Below, one piece after another: positions 57,551 to 64,000 of a stretch of DNA of 64,000 nucleotides. The position numbers were made by a program, and so were the translations under genes. This stretch comes from the human T2T-CHM13v2.0 reference genome, Homo sapiens: NCBI RefSeq assembly GCF_009914755.1, contig NC_060927.1; one strand, given 5' to 3'. Within the stretch, counting starts at the first letter, position 1. The number at the start of each line of letters is the position of its first letter. The notes under the pieces were generated by a model. That model worked only from the letters and a program-made list of their open reading frames with translations, made no database searches and was not told where the DNA came from.

Positions 57551-58609
57551 GGAGGAACAGCTATACGTACAGGCACACCGTCGTGTCTAAACAGGAAACT
57601 CAAGGACGGTTTTCCCATCTCAGAGAACATCTTGAGGTTGTCCCTGCTCCCTCCGTGCATCTCAGCCCTTGGCAAGTGTTGCTCCTGAGGAGAAATCCTA
57701 GTCTGAGGAGAGCCCAGGATTCACTAACTCTCATGGACCCTATCCTGATTCTAACTTCAGAATCCGCCAATAAAGCAAATGTCCAGGCTATTGAAGAAAA
57801 TTATTTTCTCATAGATCATTTCCTGAGTGTCCATTTTACCTATTTGTTTTGTGTGGGGATATAATCTTATCTCATACTACATGGGGAGATCCTTCATGAA
57901 AAGAGCTGTATCTTAAACAACTTTGCACTCACAAAAGTGCCTAGCACAATTCCTGAAATTCAGAAGATATTCAGTACATGCTTGATAAATTGAGTTAGTT
58001 ATTTGACATTAATTAGATTGTCAGCAACATTGCTTACTACTCATTAGGAGTTCAATACATTTTATTTTCCTTTCCTTTACATCTGGATTAAAAACTAAAG
58101 AAGTCTTCCCTTCTTCTAAACAATCAAAACCTATAGACATTGTAAGTACAGTCATTTATGGCATATGATGAGTGCTTTGTAACTGTAAAGGAAAGAGATG
58201 GCCATATAATAGTGTTTCCTTTACAGCTAATGTATAGCAATCTTTAGGATTATAAGCTTAAAACTTTGAAAGGACAGCTCAGTTATTTGTCTTAAATGCA
58301 GAAAAAATAGAACTTAGCGATTTTCTTGACAAGGAACTTAAATCATTTAGATGAAAACCAGAAAATTCTACCCATTAAGACTATTAAATAGTTTGGGGGT
58401 CTAAAGTCCACAAAGAACCTCCTGGATATTAGAGAGGAAAACTGATTTGAGATGTGGCATATCTCTTGGGAGCAACAATTTCTTGTGAATAAAGTCTCAT
58501 AAAGGTAAACTCAAGCATCCTATAATAAATCGAATAGTTTATTAGGCTTTCAAAAATTCTCTATGGTGTACATGAAAGTGTACTTGCTGTTCTGCAGGGA
58601 GCTGGAAAG

Positions 58610-58840
58610 CAACATAGTGCAGTGGCCTTGGAACCAAGAGCGACCTAGAACATAAATCCCCACTCTGCTGATTACTAGCCAGTAGGCTGTAGCCAGGGAA
58701 CTTCAGACTTCAGGACATTGGTTTCATCATCTACAAAATAGGTATAATAACACTTAATCCTTTAAAATTGTAAAACTTAAAGATAATGAAAATAAGTCAT
58801 GTGACACAGTACTTCGATAAATAGTAGCTGCAATTTTTAT
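58610..58840 (+). mobile_element. MIR
   Basis: AAATCCCCACTCTGC...GTTTCATCATCTACAAAATAGGTATAATAACAC. Confidence 0.7.
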
Positions 58841-58894
58841 TTGCAAAGTCAGATACCTATCCGCAGTTCATAAAAAACACTCCATAAATGTTAA

Positions 58895-59308
<414 letters not shown>

Positions 59309-60758
59309 TCAAACTTCCTAACTCAAAGAAATCATCAGTAGTGATGGTGGCGCAACATGCTCTCTGTGCGCTGTGTGTTAATGCTGCGTTAGACTAGAGA
59401 CAATGCGAGGACACTTGTCGCAGGGCCTTTCTGTCTCACGTTGGTATTCAACGCATGTGTAAGAATAATAATGGTCATCAGGATCACTGCATACATATTC
59501 TACATAAAAGAAAAATCCAATTGGTGTTACAGAGCTCCTAGTCTTAGAATCTCTTTCTGCTTCAGCTGATATATAGTGTAAATCTAAAACTTATTTAAAA
59601 ACATGTCTGGGTAAGACAGCTTTTAATTAATCTTCTCTTAGTTTTTATACTATATGGTACCTGGAAGATGCAAGATCAATCACCACTGTATTGTAATGTC
59701 GAGTTGTGAGACAGAAAGATAAATGAGCTATCAAACTTAGCATTTTGATAGCTAAGTTAATTTAACTAGCTTCAGAACATACTCTAGATTGGTGGATAAA
59801 GTTGTGAGCTGAGGCGTTGAATGTTATAACCATGCATGTGGTATGTTTTTAATAAAACAAAAATTTGCTAGTTACTATCTGTCCTTCACAGGCATTTAAA
59901 TCCAGGATTAGAGAGGTGTAGCTGGGTGATAAGGTCATATTGCTAGTTCTGTCAGGCCAATTAAGACAGCTTTATTAACTCAGACTTTTAATTGAGCACT
60001 TGTGACAAGGTCTGGGCTGATCTGAAGTTTCCCTCAGCTGGATGCATGAGTAAAAGGTTGGGCAAGCAAATTAAACTTAATTTATGCTTAACAGTAGACC
60101 TGAGTAGACTTTGATTTTTTCTAATAGGACATAAGAAGATTTTTTAAATTATAATTGTATTTCAAAATGTGTTTTCTCAACTATAGGAATATTGAGCAGA
60201 TTCTCATCCTTGAGGGAGAGGGTACCCCCCCATCCCTGGGATATCCATTTACACAATGATATTTCAATCAGAAAGAAGAATAAGAATAAAACTACCAGCC
60301 TGGCTCGTCAAAACTACCAGTCTAAATTGTAATAAAACTTCAAACAAAAGAAAAATGCTTCAGAAGTCATTGGAGAGGTATTTAGATATGTTAATCACAG
60401 CTATTAAGAAATACCAGCTTTGGAATGTCACATCTATTCAAATAAGCAACAGTAAATGAAGCCGTTTTGAAAGGTTTTCTCTCTCTTAAAAGATAATAAA
60501 ATCAAATTGCTATGAGGTGGAAAACCACCCTCTACCCAACTCCCATACTCACCTATCCCCAACCTAATCTATACCAGACCACTGTTTCCCATTTCTTCCA
60601 TTGATGTGCTCATTAACTCTTTTCTAAACATGCATTAAACACACAGTACATATAGGCCAGGTCCTTTGCTCTGTTTTGGAATCCTAGTTATTAGCAAGTC
60701 ACAATTTATGTCTTCAAGAAGTCACAGAGAAAAGTACAGTTAATTACAAAATGGTACA

Positions 60759-61195
60759 CATGGTGGTTAATTTTATGTGTCAACTTGACTGGGTCACGAA
60801 ATCCCCAGACTATCTAAGTAAGCATTCTAGGTGTCTCTATGAGAGTGTTTCTGGATGAGATTAACATTTGAATCCATAAAATGAGTAAAGCAGATTGCCC
60901 CCCCAACTCTACTTCCCATGTGGGTGGGCTTCATCCAGTCTGTTGAAGGCCCAAATGGACAAAAAGGTAGAGTAAGAGAGAATTCTCTTTCTCTGCCTGA
61001 CTGTCTTCAAGCAGAAACATCAGTCTTCTCCTGTCTTCGGACTCTCTCCTGGGTCCCCAGTTTGCCAACTGCAAATCTTGGGACTTCTCAGCCTCCATAA
61101 TCATGTAAGACAATTCCCTATAATCAGTCTCCTTATATACAGAAATATATAATATCTTACTGTTTCTGTTTCTCTGGAGAATTCACACTAATACT
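60759..61195 (+). mobile_element. ERVL solo LTR, MLT2D/MLT2B-like
   Basis: TGGTTAATTTTATGTGTCAACTTGACTGGG...CTGGATGAGATTAACATTTGAATC...GGACTTCTCAGCCTCCATAATCATG...TTCTGTTTCTCTGGAGAA. Confidence 0.9.
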
Positions 61196-62833
61196 GTAGG
61201 ATAGGTGAAAATGGGAACAAAGGCACCCATGGGTTTTATAGTTGCCACCTCAGAATATCTTGTAATTCACATAATACTTATTTGTTTGTCCAGAGCCTTA
61301 CCTCTCTGACATAGACACTTGGCTTTAGAAATCAATTCAAAGACTCACTCACTTCTCATATTCTACCCTAAGAACTTTCTGACCTCAACCGATAAACCAC
61401 AAAAAACATTACTTCCCTAACATTTCACCATTTCAAAGTTGTTCTATGTGGTACTCTCTTTTGTTACAGTACGTCAGTGAATTTCAGTTTGCTTCTATCA
61501 TAACAGGTTTCTTTAAAGAGAAGACTTTCTTTATATGTTTTAGGGTAGGGAGAATTATTTTCACAAATCTGTGGATGCTTAGAGATCAAAGTTACCTTCA
61601 AAGCATCGTAATGTAACTCTCAAAATTTCCTGTCCTATTTAAAGGTAAAGTGATTCACCTAAAGTCTTCCAGCTAGTTGCTGGCATAGCCAGGCAAGAAC
61701 CCAAATCTTGAGATTCCCTTGCTTTCACATCAAAGATATTTAGAAAAAAAATTCTTCAAAGATATTGTCAACTTTGAACAAATCTCTGATTCATTAAACA
61801 AATCTTTCTATCTGCTCTTTTACAAAAAAATTTTGTTGTTTTTGAAAGTCCTGCCAGGTAAAGGGTTTATTAATTAACTTACACACACACATATACACAC
61901 TTGCACGTCCATATAATTTTTTTCCTTTTCTGGGGGTGGTGGGAAAGAACCTCTATATTTGAATATAGATACATATACATGTGTATGTGTGTGTGTGTGC
62001 AAATATTATAATAAATTTACATAAAGGTTGTATAAAAGTAGACATCCATATAATGTTTAAAAATTGTTTTTCTACTTTTATTAGTGAGTAAAAGCTTTAA
62101 CTTTTAGTTCTAAAATTTAAAATCTAAGCGGCCTAGAAAATAGGCATCACCCTGACAGGCAGAAGAGGATAATAGTTAAGAACATGGGATTTGACATTAG
62201 CCACACCCAAGTTCAAACCCCAGCTCTGCTACCTGAAAGATAATTCTTGGAGCTCTTTGTAACTATAACCACTTAATAAGGATAGAATGGTGAAAAATAA
62301 AAGCAGAGAGGTTCCTGTTTTGGAAAAATGTGTTAGGATCATCTCTCCATGTTTGAGGGCAGGAAGTGATTGATCATGTATTGCAGGAACTAAAATCATA
62401 GGGGCCATACTTAGAGCTAATATCTGGTTTTGATATACTTTTAAACTAAGAATAAATTGCTTTAAAATAAACAGTTTTTAATATAAAAGACAGTCGATAG
62501 CTTTAAAATAAAAAACAATTCTGCATTATTCAGCAAGACCTGCTTGAAGGAATATTTGGTTTCCTAAGAGGTAACAAACCCTGTCTCTATCAAAAAGATA
62601 AAAGAGTCAAGCAAATAATAATTGTCCCCATTTTTTTCTACTTCATCTTGGCAGGAAATAATGATACCAGTAAGCAGTCAATGCTCCCTCTTAACAGCCT
62701 TACTGGAGATGGACAAATGAGAGCTGCTCTGGTGGGATAGACAGGAGCTGGTGGGTGCAGTGATGGAGATCCAAGTGTGGTGCTTACTATCACTGATCTG
62801 AACCTGATCAGAGACACAGGCTACAAGGATTTA

Positions 62834-63284
62834 TGAAACAGGCTCACTGTGTGCTGGTTACTAACATGTCTAAATCCAATGAAACAGAACACCCACACAC
62901 AAGTTACATGAAGTGAGTTTATCACTTACAGATAGGCAGGACAGTGACAACAGAAGCCTAGGATTCAGGGAAAACCAGTCCCCCAAGCCTCAGAAAAGCT
63001 GCCCAGAGTGGATAAAGGTTTGCCTACAAGTACCCCACTTGCATTATAGCTGAGGTCCTCCAGAAAACAGACTGCTCTAGGTTTTGTATCCAGGGACATC
63101 ATAATTCACTGAACTAGAGCATAGAAAGACATCTCATTTCTATGAGGGATCAGGCTGTCCCAGCTGGCCCCTCCTTATTGCAGGATGTGGCATTCCCAGC
63201 ACATTCAACGGTTATTCTTGAGAACTACCAGTGAGAAGGGACAGAACCGGGTCGTTCCAAGGTCACCTGGGGAACTGCCCTGCA
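62834..63284 (-). mobile_element. ERV solo LTR, LTR47-like
   Basis: CAGGATGTGGCATTCCCAGCACATTC...GTTATTCTTGAGAACTAC...CCAAGGTCACCTGG; TG...CA ends. Confidence 0.75.
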
Positions 63285-63619
63285 GGAGTGTCCTTACACA
63301 TTTTCACAGTGCAGACCACTCCTGAGACCAAACCAGCAAGCCTCTGACTCCCCCTAAAAATTTAGAATGAGAACAGCTAAACAATATTTCAAAAAGTGCT
63401 GACAATATCACATCTACCCTAAGCTACATCTGTCCTCAAGAAAAAGAAAAAAACCCCACAAACTCTGACACTGAATGTATCTTTTCCTCGAAAAAATGGT
63501 AGAGAATACCTGTAGTACTTGAATAGTACCACTTTCGAAACCATTCTCAGTATTTAGAGGGATGGCCTTTTCTTTGTTTCTTTTAGTGCTTTGGTAAACT
63601 CGTGGAAGAATCACTCAAC

Positions 63620-63790
63620 AATAGGCATTTTCTAACTCTGGGAATTTAGGTATGAAACAGACCCTCTCTGACCCTCAGTTTCCATGTTCTTAATCAAAAA
63701 AAGAAGATTAAATTAGATAATGAATAAAACAGACTTGACATAGAGCCCAGCACCTAATAAGTGTTCAATAAATTGTAGTCCTTATTACTA
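63620..63790 (+). mobile_element. MIR
   Basis: CTCTCTGACCCTCAGTTTCC...GAAGATTAAATTAGATAATG...TAAGTGTTCAATAAAT. Confidence 0.75.
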
Positions 63791-64000
63791 AATTTACTCA
63801 ACCAAAGGCTTTTTTATGAAAAGCATATTTATCTTGCAGATTATATAATATTGTTACTAAGGATGATTTAAAAATAAGCAGGTATTATAATCAAAATTAC
63901 AAACTTAAACCATAAAAAAGATGAGATGAACAAATGAAGGTGTTTTCCTTATTTTACCCTGCTAGAGAATACAAACTCTTCTTTTTAATCTTTTTTCTAA

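Overview
This is AT-rich, CpG-poor primate (human-like) non-coding DNA, intergenic or deep intronic. Roughly half is recognisable interspersed repeat: 11 Alu copies (AluJ/S/Y), L1 fragments of several ages, many MIR/L2 relics, MaLR/ERV solo LTRs, hAT DNA-transposon relics and microsatellites. The L1s include a rearranged minus-strand element at 40.8-44.6 kb carrying a decayed EN/RT ORF2. I cannot support any intact protein-coding gene, tRNA, rRNA or CRISPR array; the ORF track is repeat-derived or chance. Repeat subfamily names come from recalled consensus sequences, not from a database search, and old-repeat boundaries are approximate. The most unusual unexplained structure is a diverged inverted duplication of about 200 bp (33007-33211 / 33387-33585). 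It sits in a 2-kb cluster with an ATTCT array, a 16-bp perfect hairpin and a GATA STR. Other observations are several short perfect palindromes, nested transposons, an internally deleted L1 and a few candidate enhancer motif clusters. I found no convincing evidence for a new multi-gene system.
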